The notes: a model not told the origin generated them from the sequence alone. Positions 22,301 to 32,086 are shown, counted from the first letter of the stretch. The stretch is 64,000 bases of DNA from Pedobacter sp. (GCA_025351765.1 JANXVH010000170.1:65993-129992), one strand, 5' to 3'. Program-made: numbers and translations.

Positions 22301-22669
22301 AACCACAATTTTACCAAATTCAGAGTGGTGATTAAGCTCGTTGAGAACTTCAGCTCTTGCCAATACATTTGCGGTATCAACTTGCGTAAAATCAAATGCT
22401 TTACGAAATGAAGAAGGGAATAGTAAAACTTCTTTATCAATTATTCCTTCAAGATCTGATAAGAAGTATGATGCTTCTTCCCGGTCTGGCAAGATGAAAA
22501 GCATTGGTTTATGAAGGAGGAAATAGGAGGCAACAGAAATTACAGCATCAGCAGAACCCACCAATCCCTTTAACTGGATCTTGGTGCCCTTACCCATGTT
22601 AAGCGATTTGGCAAGATCTCTGACACGCTCATCTTCCTTATATCTGTTTATCAGGTCGCGAATATTCAC
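19328..22669 (-). CDS. mfd: transcription-repair coupling factor
   Basis: UvrB-like N-terminus, HIDHGIGKY (RID), GDVGFGKT, DEEQ, QMRGRVGRS, TRCF C-terminus. Confidence 0.98.
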   Translation of the reverse strand: MNIRDLINRYKEDERVRDLAKSLNMGKGTKIQLKGLVGSADAVISVASYFLLHKPMLFILPDREEASYFLSDLEGIIDKEVLLFPSSFRKAFDFTQVDTANVLARAEVLNELNHHSEFGKIVVSYPEAIAEKVIDRAVLEKNTLEIQLNAKLSIDFINEFLIDYDFNRTDFVYEPGQFSIRGGIVDIFSFSHDIPYRVEFFGDIVESIRTFEIESQLSVEEVKTLVVIPNVQSKYLTENNISILDYIDNDTQLWFKDVEFTLDIVKTGYKKAVELWKALPSKEKQENQDWIDPKFAFTDEKMMADMFQEFVVTEFGKQFFYQTDRIFLFDTKPQPSFNKDFSLLIHNLKENEKEKTHNFIFSSSPKQTERLYAILEDIDKTAKFTPINIPLREGFLDRQQHVAFYTDHQIFDRFYKYKLKRGYQRSQAITLKELRDLKPGDFVTHIDHGIGKYAGLEKVEVNGKTQEMIRLVYADNDLLYVNINSLNRIAKYSGKDGTPPKMNKLGTEAWDKLKKTTKKKVKDIARDLIKLYALRKAQVGTAFDPDGYLETELEASFIYEDTPDQVKATSDVKKDMEAPHPMDRLVCGDVGFGKTEIAIRAAFKAVANGKQAAVLVPTTILALQHFKTFTGRLKDFPCTVDYINRFKTAKQIKETLSKVAEGTVDIIIGTHRLLSKDVKFKDLGIMIIDEEQKFGVTSKEKLRALRVNVDTLTLTATPIPRTLHFSLMGARDLSIMSTPPPNRQAVNTELHVFNDKLIQESVKFELDRGGQVFFIHNRVNDLPQLGGLIQTLVPKARIGIAHGQLDGDQLEDVMLAFINGEKDVLVATTIIEAGLDIPNANTIIINHAHMFGLSDLHQMRGRVGRSNKKAFCYLLSPPLSTLTSEARKRLSAIEEFSDLGSGFNIAMRDLDIRGSGNLLGAEQSGFIAEIGFEMYHKILDEAIQELKSDEFKELFKDEKERPFVAFTQVDTDLELYIPDDYVTNITERYNLYTEVSKIENETQLSAFELSLKDRFGPVPTPIKTMLNVLRLQWVAKQLAFEKLSFKKGVLRGYFITNKQSPFFDSNMFNKILLFAQIHPRICNLKEVKDSLRIAFDNLKSVDEAVEMLQLVIK

Positions 22670-22673
22670 AATG

Positions 22674-22681
22674 CAAATGTA
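22674..22681 (-). promoter_or_regulatory. -7 element TACATTTG 4 nt from the mfd GTG (near-leaderless)
   Basis: Exact TAnnTTTG on the minus strand. Confidence 0.6.
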
Positions 22682-22702
22682 ATATATATGATTAGCTTTA
22701 GC

Positions 22703-22730
22703 TGTAACAAAGTGGGCTTTAATCTATCTA
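22703..22730 (+). promoter_or_regulatory. Candidate ECF-sigma promoter TGTAAC-N17-ATCTA
   Basis: Resembles ECF -35 (AAC) and -10 (TCTA) motifs, upstream of the DUF2752-TM2 pair. Confidence 0.35.
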
Positions 22731-22746
22731 AAATGAAAAGGATATA

Positions 22747-23058
22747 ATGAAAATGCTGAGCTATATACCGATAGAACTATTGTTTTGGGTGGGAGCGCTA
22801 GCATTGCTTGCAACGGCGCAGCCGATGTCCGTAGGACAAGAAAATCATTTTATTTTGTGCCCTATTGCAGCGATCGGGCTCGATTGGTGCCCTGGCTGCG
22901 GAATGGGAAGGGCAATTACCCAGGTGCTTCACGGTAACCTGAATGAAAGCCTAAAGCAGCATTGGTTCGGAGTGCCTGCATTGCTGATATTGGCAAGTAG
23001 AATTTTAACACTGATAAGGATAGAGTTAAAGAGTTTAAAAAAATTAAAAATAATATAG
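22747..23058 (+). CDS. DUF2752 membrane protein
   Basis: LCP...WCPGCGMGRA motif and TM segments. Confidence 0.85.
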   Translation: MKMLSYIPIELLFWVGALALLATAQPMSVGQENHFILCPIAAIGLDWCPGCGMGRAITQVLHGNLNESLKQHWFGVPALLILASRILTLIRIELKSLKKLKII

Positions 23059-23069
23059 GAGATAAGGAT

Positions 23070-23429
23070 ATGTTTGATTCACCATTTATGTCGCTTCCGG
23101 GCATTACGCCTCAGGAGTATTCGTACTTACAAACCGCAACTACTGGCTTTAGTGAACAGCAACTGAGGGGATTTCTAATGATTTACAGCAGCAAGCGCAG
23201 AAACCCGGATGATATGGTTCTGTATTGTATACTTGGGTTTTTTATTCCCGGTTTACCACGGTTTTTGGTTAACCAGATAGGAATGGGGATTTTGTACTTT
23301 TTTACGGTAGGACTTTGCTTTATAGGGACTATCATAGATTTGATTAACCATAAAAACCTAGCTTTTGAATATAACCAGCGCATGGTTTTTGAGAGCTTGC
23401 AAATGGTTAAAATGACAAACTTGCAATAG
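23070..23429 (+). CDS. TM2 domain protein
   Basis: GLPRF..NQIGMGILYFFTVGLCFIGTIIDLI. Confidence 0.85.
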   Translation: MFDSPFMSLPGITPQEYSYLQTATTGFSEQQLRGFLMIYSSKRRNPDDMVLYCILGFFIPGLPRFLVNQIGMGILYFFTVGLCFIGTIIDLINHKNLAFEYNQRMVFESLQMVKMTNLQ

Positions 23430-23496
23430 TGGGGGCTATTTGTTTCAAAAAGTATAAAACAATAATGGGAAAAGGATCTTTTTGTAATTTTAACAG

Positions 23497-24594
23497 ATGA
23501 GATTATCTGTTTTGATTAAACACCTTGAAGAGTTTGCTCCAGTCCAGTACCAGGAAGATTATGATAATTCCGGGTTATTAGTTGGCAGGCCTGATCAAGA
23601 GATTCGGACCGCATTAGTAGCCTTGGATTGTATTGAGGCAGTACTAGATGAGGCAATTATTTTAGGCTGCAATTTAATAATAACCCATCACCCCATTGTT
23701 TTTAAAGGCCTAAAAAGGTTTAATGGCAAGAACTATGTAGAGCGCGTGGTGATGAAAGCCATAAAAAATAACATTGCGTTGTATGCTATCCATACGAATT
23801 TGGATCATGTTAATAATGGAGTAAATAAGGTGATTTGCGACCGTCTGGGTTTGAAGAACGCGAAGATACTCAGTCCGAAAAAGAACCTTTTGAAAAAGCT
23901 GGTTACTTTTTGCCCTAAAGCACATACTGAGGATGTTCGCGCTGCGTTGTTTGCCGCAGGAGCAGGTAATGTAGGAAACTACGCAGATTGCAGCTTTATT
24001 ATCGAAGGCACAGGGACTTTTAAAGGGGGGGAAGGTACGAGTCCGTATGTTGGAGAAAAAGGCGTACAGCATCATGAATCAGAAACGCGGATTGAAACCG
24101 TGTTCTCCGCTCAGCAACAGCGAAAGGTTGTTTTGGCTCTGCTGGAAAGTCACCCCTATGAAGAAGTGGCTTACGATATCTATTCACTAGATAATAAAAT
24201 AGAAAGCGTAGGGGCTGGGATGATTGGCTGGCTGGAGCATGAGATGGACGGAATGGACTTTTTGAAATACGTAAAAAATAACATGAATGCATCTGTAGTA
24301 AGGCACACGGCTATTTTGCCTAAGCGTGTAAAGAAAGTTGCAGTATGCGGGGGATCCGGGAGTTTTCTTTTACAGGAAGCTATCGCTGCGGGAGCAGATG
24401 CTTTTATTACGGCAGATTTTAAGTACCATGAGTTTTTTGACGCAGAGGATAAATTGGTAATTGCAGATATTGGACACTTTGAAACAGAACAATTTACATC
24501 TCAGTTGTTGATAGATATTATTCAAGAAAAATTCCCTAACTTTGCAATCCGTTTAACGGAGCATAATACAAACCCCGTAAATTATTTGATTTAA
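23497..24594 (+). CDS. Nif3-like dinuclear metal centre protein (with PII-like insert)
   Basis: DYDNSGLLVG, THHP, HTNLD, HPYEEVAYD, GHFETE. Confidence 0.93.
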   Translation: MRLSVLIKHLEEFAPVQYQEDYDNSGLLVGRPDQEIRTALVALDCIEAVLDEAIILGCNLIITHHPIVFKGLKRFNGKNYVERVVMKAIKNNIALYAIHTNLDHVNNGVNKVICDRLGLKNAKILSPKKNLLKKLVTFCPKAHTEDVRAALFAAGAGNVGNYADCSFIIEGTGTFKGGEGTSPYVGEKGVQHHESETRIETVFSAQQQRKVVLALLESHPYEEVAYDIYSLDNKIESVGAGMIGWLEHEMDGMDFLKYVKNNMNASVVRHTAILPKRVKKVAVCGGSGSFLLQEAIAAGADAFITADFKYHEFFDAEDKLVIADIGHFETEQFTSQLLIDIIQEKFPNFAIRLTEHNTNPVNYLI

Positions 24595-25337
24595 TGGAAC
24601 AAACTGTAGAGCAAAAGCTAAAGGCTTTGTACGAATTACAAAACCTACATACTAAAATTGATAAGATCCGTCAGATACGTGGTGAACTTCCAATGGAGGT
24701 TGCAGATCTTGAAGATGAGGTTGCAGGCTTAGAAACACGTATACAAAAATTTAAAGCTGAATTGGATGATTCTGAAGACGCCATCGTAACCCGTAAAAAT
24801 ATGATTAAGGAAGCTCAGAACCTGATCAAGAAATACGAAACACAATTAAAAGAAGTTAAGAATAATCGTGAATATGACGCTTTGACTAAAGAAGTGGAAA
24901 TCCAGACTTTGGATATCCAAGTTTCTGAGAAAAAGATCAGAGAATTCGGCTTTGACATTGCTGGCAAAACTGAAACATACGAAAAGGCAGCTCTTGATAT
25001 TGAATCCAGAAAAAAAGATCTTGATGTAAAGAGAGGTGAATTGGAAACGATTACTGCAGAAACAGAAAAAGAAGAACAATCTCTATCTAAAAAGGCAGAA
25101 AAAGCGGAGACCCAGATTGAAGAGCGTTTGTTGACGGCTTACAGCAAACTAAGACGCAACGCCAACAATGGCTTGGCTGTTGTGACGATTGATCGTGATT
25201 CATGTTCAGGTTGTTTTAATCAGATTCCTCCTCAGCGTCAGTTAGATATACGTCAGCGTAAAAAAATTATAGTTTGTGAGCACTGTGGAAGAATCCTTGT
25301 TGATGAGGCGCTGACACTAGAAGTTGTGCCTGTTTAA
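24594..25337 (+). CDS. coiled-coil protein with C4-type zinc ribbon (HP0958/CT398-like)
   Basis: Long coiled coil with NNREYDAL, CSGC...CEHCGRIL. Confidence 0.9.
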   Translation: MEQTVEQKLKALYELQNLHTKIDKIRQIRGELPMEVADLEDEVAGLETRIQKFKAELDDSEDAIVTRKNMIKEAQNLIKKYETQLKEVKNNREYDALTKEVEIQTLDIQVSEKKIREFGFDIAGKTETYEKAALDIESRKKDLDVKRGELETITAETEKEEQSLSKKAEKAETQIEERLLTAYSKLRRNANNGLAVVTIDRDSCSGCFNQIPPQRQLDIRQRKKIIVCEHCGRILVDEALTLEVVPV

Positions 25338-25353
25338 TATTGTTATCTCATTT

Positions 25354-25386
25354 AAAAAGGGCCGGCTTAATTACCGGCCCTTTTTT
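25354..25386 (+). terminator. Intrinsic terminator (potentially bidirectional)
   Basis: AAAAAGGGCCGG-8nt-CCGGCCCTTTTTT. Confidence 0.85.
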
Positions 25387-25423
25387 ATTGGCATGTTTTA
25401 TGATTTTTTTAGCTACTAGGTAT

Positions 25424-26920
25424 ATGAAAAAAAAAATGCAATCGGGCTCAATTCTGCTTCTCTGCACGCTCTTATTACCGCTTTGCAGTTTTGCAAAGTT
25501 TGATTTTAATGCGAATTGTCTTAACGCCTATGAGAACATTTTTGCGCTCAAGTTGAACAGCGCCAGGCAGCTTATTGCAATGGAAAAAAAGAGAAACCCC
25601 AACAACGGCGTTACGTTACTCCTAGATAATTATGTGGACTATTTTTACCTGCTGACCAATGATAGCAAGCAAGAGTTTGACCGGTTGGAGGAGAATAAAA
25701 AGGTAAGGCTTGATGCACTCGAGGATGAGGATAATAACTCCCCCTATTACTTGTATGCCCAAGCGGAAATAAACCTGCAATGGGCGCTAATACGTGGCCG
25801 TTATGGTGAATATTTCACCGCTGCGCGGGAAATAAAAAAAGCAAATGGACAACTTCAGGAGAACAACAAGAAATTTCCCGGGTTTCTTCTAAATAGCAAG
25901 GGATTAGGGTTAATTAGTGCTTTTCTGGGTAATTTGCCCGATGGCGTGTTAAAAAGCACATTGTCTACCTTTGGCATCAAAGGAAATGTACAGGAAGGCA
26001 TCGCTAAGCTGGAAAAGCTTGTAGAAAACTTACCCCAGTCCAAATATGAGCCCTTCTATGAAGAGGTTGTGTTTTATTATTCTTTCGTTTTGAACGATAT
26101 TGCCCATAGTCCTTCTGCGTATGTGAAAACCATGAGGTATAGCGCCACAATTAGTAACAACAGTTTATTGAAAAGCTATCTTCAGGCGGGAGTTTGCAGT
26201 AAAAGCGGTCATAATGATGAAGCGATCGCTATCCTTGCATCACGACCCTCTGGATCCGCTTATCAAACGTTTCCCTACTTGGATTATCTATCTGCTTCAG
26301 CAAAACTAAATAGGCTTGATTATGCAGGGGCTGCACAAGACTTCAACAGGTTTTTGCAACAAAGTAAAGGCGTTGGTTATATTAAAGATACCAACCTGCG
26401 CCTTGGGTGGATAGAGTTGCTTAAGGGAGAAAACAAAGCATATAATGGATATATGAGCAAAGTTAAGTCTACTGGCTATAATTATCAGGAAAAGGATAGG
26501 CAAGCTTTAAATGAAGCAAATGACACGCCTCCAAATAAGCTGCTCTTAAAAGCGAGACTGCTTTTTGATGGTGGGTATTTTAATAAGGCTGCGGAGGCAA
26601 TTTTTATTAACAATGGAAAGGAATTTTCTTCCGGAAGGGATATAACAGAATATTATTACCGCGCAGGACGTATTTTGGATGAAACGGGTAGGGATGATGA
26701 AGCGCTATCAAAGTTTCAGAATGCAATTAATCAAGGGAAAGATTTAAGATATTATTATGCTGCAAATTCAGCTTTACAGGCAGGTAAGATCTATGAACGG
26801 AAAAAGAATTTTACAAAAGCCAAGTTATTTTACAATACGGCAATACAGATGAAGAATCATGATTATGAAGGAAGTATTGAAACTCAGGCTAAAGCTGGAT
26901 TATTAAGAATAAGCAGGTAG
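25424..26920 (+). CDS. exported tetratricopeptide-repeat protein (start moved to MKKKMQ at 25424)
   Basis: Signal peptide ending CSFA; helical TPR-like repeats (EYYYRAGRI, SALQAGKIYE); the upstream ORF extension runs through the terminator. Confidence 0.7.
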   Translation: MKKKMQSGSILLLCTLLLPLCSFAKFDFNANCLNAYENIFALKLNSARQLIAMEKKRNPNNGVTLLLDNYVDYFYLLTNDSKQEFDRLEENKKVRLDALEDEDNNSPYYLYAQAEINLQWALIRGRYGEYFTAAREIKKANGQLQENNKKFPGFLLNSKGLGLISAFLGNLPDGVLKSTLSTFGIKGNVQEGIAKLEKLVENLPQSKYEPFYEEVVFYYSFVLNDIAHSPSAYVKTMRYSATISNNSLLKSYLQAGVCSKSGHNDEAIAILASRPSGSAYQTFPYLDYLSASAKLNRLDYAGAAQDFNRFLQQSKGVGYIKDTNLRLGWIELLKGENKAYNGYMSKVKSTGYNYQEKDRQALNEANDTPPNKLLLKARLLFDGGYFNKAAEAIFINNGKEFSSGRDITEYYYRAGRILDETGRDDEALSKFQNAINQGKDLRYYYAANSALQAGKIYERKKNFTKAKLFYNTAIQMKNHDYEGSIETQAKAGLLRISR

Positions 26921-28003
26921 CTAGAACCTGTAGACAACAGCATTGATATGCATACCCGCTCCTACCGAAGCAAATAAAACGTAATCGCCTTCCTTCATAT
27001 TATAATCTTCCATTTTTCCTTTTAATACAAGATCAATTAAAGTGGGGATAGTTGCTACAGAGCTGTTGCCTAACCAGGAGATAGTCATGGGCACAAGCTT
27101 TTGAGGAACTTCATCCAAATCATAAAGTTTAAATACACGCTTCATGATTGCATGATCCATTTTTCCATTTGCCTGATGAATAAAAACAGCTTTGATATCT
27201 TTAATACCTAATCCGGCTATATCAATAGCCTTTTTAACTACTTGTGGAACATTTATAACCGCAAATTCGTAAAGCTTCCGCCCATTCATTTTTAGGTATA
27301 AATTCCCATTAACCTCTGCGGGATTATTACTTTTCCCCATTACCAGCAGTGATCCATAAGTAGCCGCAAATGTTTGTGATTTATGAGCAATGACGCCTAT
27401 CGGCTCGCCCGACTCCCTAGCTTCAAAAATTACTGCAGCAGCACCATCAGAAAAGATCATAGTATCACGATCATGAGGGTCTGTAATTCTTGAAAGCGTC
27501 TCTGACCCAATAACCATTACCTTTTTAGCATCGCCACTTTGAATTAAGTAGTTAGCTTGTATAACACCTTGAACCCAACCGGGACATCCAAAAATAATAT
27601 CATAAGCTACACAATCAGGATTTTGAATATTAAGAATTTGCTTAACCTTAGCAGCAAGTGCTGGGATCATATTGGTTCGGTTGCTTCCAACTGCTATGTC
27701 ACCAAAATTATGGCATAAGATAATGTGATCTAGACTCTCTTTATCAACCCCTGAGCTTTCTATAGCATTCTGGGCAGCGATTGCTGCAATATCGCTGTTA
27801 ACTAAATTGTCGTCAACATACCGTCGCTCATTAATTTCTGTGATTTCAGAAAATTTCTTAATGATCTCGGTGATATCCTTGTCCAGGATTACGCCATTGT
27901 CGTAAAAAGTAGAATTTAAGAAGGCATCGCCAGAAACTATCTTTTCAGGGATATAGCTCCCAGTTCCTTTAATAACAGCGTATTTTTTGGATATATTGCT
28001 CAT
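26921..28003 (-). CDS. fabH: 3-oxoacyl-ACP synthase III family protein (FabH-like)
   Basis: GTGSYIP and catalytic triad FGCPGW / IHQAN / LGNSS; SVGAG. Confidence 0.85.
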   Translation of the reverse strand: MSNISKKYAVIKGTGSYIPEKIVSGDAFLNSTFYDNGVILDKDITEIIKKFSEITEINERRYVDDNLVNSDIAAIAAQNAIESSGVDKESLDHIILCHNFGDIAVGSNRTNMIPALAAKVKQILNIQNPDCVAYDIIFGCPGWVQGVIQANYLIQSGDAKKVMVIGSETLSRITDPHDRDTMIFSDGAAAVIFEARESGEPIGVIAHKSQTFAATYGSLLVMGKSNNPAEVNGNLYLKMNGRKLYEFAVINVPQVVKKAIDIAGLGIKDIKAVFIHQANGKMDHAIMKRVFKLYDLDEVPQKLVPMTISWLGNSSVATIPTLIDLVLKGKMEDYNMKEGDYVLFASVGAGMHINAVVYRF

Positions 28004-28067
28004 TTTGAACCGTAGACTCTTTTGGTATACGGTATAAAATTAAGATAATAATATTAGATATGGAAAT

Positions 28068-28712
28068 TTATGAAAAATCTTCAACTAAGAAAACAAACAA
28101 TTCCTTAGGTCCATGGGCGCCAAGAACTAACGTTTTTTCGATATCGGCAGTTCTACTAGGGCCTGTTATAGCGCTGATCATAGAGGGAAGTTGAGCGCCA
28201 TATTTATTCTTGATCAGTGTAAAAGCGTCTTTCAGATCTAGAACCATTTGGCTCGTTCTTGCTATCACAATGTGATGGTGTGGGAAAATGCTTAATCTTC
28301 TGCCTGCTGCGTTTTGATTTGAAACCATAACTGAGCCATTTCTGGCAATGAGAGCCTCACACATGGTGATGCCTACTTCTGCCAGATGAAAGTCTTTGTC
28401 TGTTTTGTAAAATGGAAATTCGTATTTTGCTAAGAGTTCCTGAAGCTCAGGTTCCCAGCAATAGATCTTTCTCCAATTAAATTTATCGGCCAGTTGTAAA
28501 ATGTTATCTATAAATTCCAGCCCATTTTCGCAATAAATAAAATTGCCAGACACTGCCGTAAGCTGCTCGGCGAAAAGTATATCAAGATAATCCGTATTTT
28601 TTAAATAAAGCGGCGTGTCTTCTAAATTAGGGTAAGGGTTGTCCCTTTTTTCAAGGAGGGCTCTTCTTATCTTTTTTAGTATTTGTTCTTTAGATGAGAT
28701 ATTTTCTTGCAT
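28068..28712 (-). CDS. LUD domain protein (LutC/YkgG-like; start MQENI at 28712)
   Basis: ITGPSRTADIEKTLVLGAHGP signature. Confidence 0.88.
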   Translation of the reverse strand: MQENISSKEQILKKIRRALLEKRDNPYPNLEDTPLYLKNTDYLDILFAEQLTAVSGNFIYCENGLEFIDNILQLADKFNWRKIYCWEPELQELLAKYEFPFYKTDKDFHLAEVGITMCEALIARNGSVMVSNQNAAGRRLSIFPHHHIVIARTSQMVLDLKDAFTLIKNKYGAQLPSMISAITGPSRTADIEKTLVLGAHGPKELFVFLVEDFS

Positions 28713-28721
28713 GGTAAGTAG

Positions 28722-28753
28722 TTCTGCCGCCCTCATAATTAAAGGCGGCAGAA
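28722..28753. repeat. 10-bp inverted repeat between ftsH and the LUD gene
   Basis: TTCTGCCGCC-12nt-GGCGGCAGAA; no U-tract on the transcribed minus strand. Confidence 0.7.
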
Positions 28754-28768
28754 ATAAATAGGCTCTTT

Positions 28769-30793
28769 TTATGCTTCTACTGAGGTAATCTGTCCTGTGC
28801 TTCCAGCAGGCGATTCAGTTCCTGGAATTAAAGTCTCAAATAATCGTTTCCCAAAAATCTCTTCGAGATCATCTTTAAATAGAACTTCTTTTTCAATTAA
28901 TATATCTGCTAGCTTCATCAGCTTGTCTTTATTTTCACTTAACAAATTGATGGCACGTTGATATTGACTTTCAATTAAGTTAGAAATTTCCTTATCGATA
29001 GTGATTGCGGTATCTTCAGAATAAGGCTTTGAAAAATTATATTCTCCTTGTCCTGAAGAATCATAATAGGTCACGTTGCCCAGTTTTTCGTTTAAACCGT
29101 AGATCGTTACCATAGCACGAGCCTGTTTAGTAACTTTCTCTAGATCGCTAAGTGCACCAGTTGAGATCATGTCGAACATCACCTTTTCAGCGGCTCTTCC
29201 GCCCATGGTAGCGCACATTTCGTCCAGCATTTGATGTGGGCGAACGATAAGCCGCTCTTCTGGCAGATACCATGCAGCGCCAAGACTTTGTCCCCTTGGT
29301 ACAATTGTAACCTTAATTAACGGTGCAGCGTGCTCTAATAGCCAACTAACGGTTGCGTGACCCGCCTCATGGACAGCAATTGCTCGTTTTTCTTTCGGGG
29401 TTACAATTTTATTTTTCTTTTCCATACCGCCTACAATTCTGTCTACAGCATCTAAAAAGTCTTGCTTTTCTACCGCGGCTTTATTCTTCCTTGCAGCAAT
29501 TAAAGCAGCTTCGTTACAAACATTGGCTATATCTGCTCCTGAAAATCCAGGAGTTTGTTTGGCCAGGAATTCAGTATCCAAATTTCCGTCTTTCTTAAGC
29601 GGCTTGATGTGCACTTCAAAAATTTGTTTACGCTCAATAACGTCCGGTAAATCAACATAAATTTGACGGTCAAATCTTCCGGCACGCAGCAATGCTTTGT
29701 CTAATACATCAGCGCGGTTAGTTGCAGCAAGGATAATTACATGAGTATTTGTTCCAAAACCATCCATTTCAACCAGTAGCTGGTTAAGTGTGTTTTCCCG
29801 CTCGTCATTCCCGCCCATCATGCTGTTCTTTCCTCTCGCACGACCGATTGCATCGATCTCATCAATAAAAATGATACATGGTGATTTATCTTTTGCTTGC
29901 TTGAAAAGATCCCGAACTCTGGATGCGCCCACACCCACAAACATCTCGACAAAATCAGATCCTGACAGTGAAAAGAAAGGCACCTGAGCCTCTCCTGCGA
30001 CCGCTTTGGCTAGCAAAGTTTTACCGGTACCGGGGGAGCCAACTAGAAGCGCCCCTTTAGGAATTTTTCCTCCCAAATCTGTATACTTCTTGGGGTTTTT
30101 TAGGAAATCTACAATTTCCATCACTTCTTGCTTTGCTTCTTCTAGCCCGGCAACATCATTAAATGTAACGCTAACCTGGCTTTCTTTATCAAATAGCGTG
30201 GCTTTTGATTTTCCAATATTGAAGATTTGTCCGCCACCACCACCTGCACCACCACCCATGCGACGCATAATGAATATCCAGAAACCGATAAAAAGAAGCA
30301 AAGGTATAATAACAGTGAAAAACCAAGAATTAAATGAACTTTGTCTAGTATCTTTTTCTGCCAAAATTTGCTGGTTAGGTGGGATATTCTTTTGAGACTC
30401 CCTTAATTGAGTATCTAGCGCATCCATTGATCCGGCAGTAAAAAAGACTGTGGGGCCGGTATTGGTTCCAAAATTACTTTTAGTTTCGTAAGGTTTATAT
30501 TTCGGATTGTTAATCCTGTCTTTTTTAATGTAAACCTCTACTTTAACTAAATCCTCATGCTTATAAGCTACAAGTTTTTCAACATCTCCAGGCGCCAACA
30601 TCTGAGTTTCGAATACCCTATAAGGTATAGACTTGCTGTTATCAGCAGTAAATAAAAACTGCATAAGTATGATGCCGACAATTATAGCGGCATAAACCCA
30701 AAATATGTTAAACTTCGGTACTTTTTGAGGCTTTTTAGGTATGTTTGGTAATTTCTTTATAAGGCTGGGTTTTGTATTTTGTTTCTCTTCCAT
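28769..30793 (-). CDS. ftsH: ATP-dependent zinc metalloprotease FtsH
   Basis: Two TMs, [43 protein letters not shown]. Confidence 0.98.
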   Translation of the reverse strand: MEEKQNTKPSLIKKLPNIPKKPQKVPKFNIFWVYAAIIVGIILMQFLFTADNSKSIPYRVFETQMLAPGDVEKLVAYKHEDLVKVEVYIKKDRINNPKYKPYETKSNFGTNTGPTVFFTAGSMDALDTQLRESQKNIPPNQQILAEKDTRQSSFNSWFFTVIIPLLLFIGFWIFIMRRMGGGAGGGGGQIFNIGKSKATLFDKESQVSVTFNDVAGLEEAKQEVMEIVDFLKNPKKYTDLGGKIPKGALLVGSPGTGKTLLAKAVAGEAQVPFFSLSGSDFVEMFVGVGASRVRDLFKQAKDKSPCIIFIDEIDAIGRARGKNSMMGGNDERENTLNQLLVEMDGFGTNTHVIILAATNRADVLDKALLRAGRFDRQIYVDLPDVIERKQIFEVHIKPLKKDGNLDTEFLAKQTPGFSGADIANVCNEAALIAARKNKAAVEKQDFLDAVDRIVGGMEKKNKIVTPKEKRAIAVHEAGHATVSWLLEHAAPLIKVTIVPRGQSLGAAWYLPEERLIVRPHQMLDEMCATMGGRAAEKVMFDMISTGALSDLEKVTKQARAMVTIYGLNEKLGNVTYYDSSGQGEYNFSKPYSEDTAITIDKEISNLIESQYQRAINLLSENKDKLMKLADILIEKEVLFKDDLEEIFGKRLFETLIPGTESPAGSTGQITSVEA

Positions 30794-30816
30794 TATTAAT
30801 TAAAAAATGTGAATGA

Positions 30817-31191
30817 TTAAGCACTTTTGTATGAAGTAGTTTGGGCATCACCCCATAAATCTTCTATCCCGTAAAACTCGCGTTTTTCAGTTTTAAATAT
30901 GTGCACAACAATGTCAAAATAATCAAGTATTATCCATTCGGCGCTTTCTTGTCCTTCCTTGCGCCAAGGGTTTGTTTGGGTATTTTTGTATATTTCTTCC
31001 TCAACACTATCGGCTATTGCTTTAACCTGTGTAGAAGAATTTGCGCTGCAGATGATGAAATAATCAGAAACGGAACTGTTAAGTTCCCGTAGATCCAAGC
31101 GAACAATATCGTTGCCTTTTTTTTCTTGTATGCCTTGAACGGCTATTTCTGAGAGGTATGTAGAAATGGTTCCTATTTTCTTTTTTACCAT
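30817..31191 (-). CDS. rsfS: ribosome silencing factor
   Basis: EKKGNDI, DYFIIC, WIILDYFDIVVHIF, REFYGIEDLW. Confidence 0.95.
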   Translation of the reverse strand: MVKKKIGTISTYLSEIAVQGIQEKKGNDIVRLDLRELNSSVSDYFIICSANSSTQVKAIADSVEEEIYKNTQTNPWRKEGQESAEWIILDYFDIVVHIFKTEKREFYGIEDLWGDAQTTSYKSA

Positions 31192-31232
31192 TAAAATGTT
31201 TTAGTTTTGATAAACAAATATACAATCAACAC

Positions 31233-32009
31233 TTGCAAAATAACACTTTTTCAACATTATTTATCGGCCAAAGTTTTCTCCAATTGCCGGGGGTTGATTC
31301 TACTAATAACTACTTAAAGTTATTGATCTCAAAATCCGAGCCATTAGCAGATGGGACTGTTATAATGGCAGACCACCAATTTGCAGGAAGGGGACAGCAG
31401 GGTAATAGCTGGTTTTCTAAACCCGGGCTCAATCTTACTTTTAGTATTTATTTGAGGCCAAATTTTTTAAACGCCAGTAATCAATTTTCTCTTAACATAG
31501 CGGTTAGTATAGGCATTAGGAATGCATTAGCACAATATATTTCTAAAGGGATAAGTATAAAATGGCCTAACGATATATACTTTAACGATAAGAAGATTGG
31601 CGGCGTATTGATAGAAAATACCCTAGTTGGGAATGTTATAAAATCAACCATTATTGGCATTGGTATAAATGTTAATCAACAAGGCTTTGATGGAGACCTG
31701 TTAATTCGGGCATCTTCTCTGGCGGAAATTTTACAACAAGATGTTGATTTGATGGAGCTTCTTAATAATATATGTCATGCTATCGAGGTTGAATATTTAA
31801 AGCTGAGGGCTGGCGCAGCAGATGACCATCTAAGTAATTACCTTAAAAATCTCTACCGCTTTGGAAAATCTTCAATATACAAACAAAAGGAATTGCTTTT
31901 TGAAGGAACAATAACTAACGTAACGCAGGCAGGGCAATTAGTAATGCTATCAGACGGCGAAGAGCTACGCTTTAACGTCAAAGAGGTAGAATTTTTCAAT
32001 AACAATTGA
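31233..32009 (+). CDS. birA: biotin--[acetyl-CoA-carboxylase] ligase (no HTH)
   Basis: DSTN, QFAGRGQ, KWPND, KIGGVLIE, GIGINV. Confidence 0.93.
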   Translation: MQNNTFSTLFIGQSFLQLPGVDSTNNYLKLLISKSEPLADGTVIMADHQFAGRGQQGNSWFSKPGLNLTFSIYLRPNFLNASNQFSLNIAVSIGIRNALAQYISKGISIKWPNDIYFNDKKIGGVLIENTLVGNVIKSTIIGIGINVNQQGFDGDLLIRASSLAEILQQDVDLMELLNNICHAIEVEYLKLRAGAADDHLSNYLKNLYRFGKSSIYKQKELLFEGTITNVTQAGQLVMLSDGEELRFNVKEVEFFNNN

Positions 32010-32086
32010 AAATTATCAGTAATTTTACCCCCGCGTCTTAAATCGGCTTTTTAATAACGGTCAAAGAACGCAGAACAAAAAGAATA

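Noticed and set aside
20382..22411. Several 67-187-aa plus-strand ORFs inside mfd
   Set aside because: Antisense shadows of a well-conserved gene with no recognisable motifs; the same applies to the other short antisense ORFs in the track
28722..28753. Intrinsic terminator call for the ftsH-LUD hairpin
   Set aside because: No U-tract on the transcribed strand; kept only as an inverted repeat
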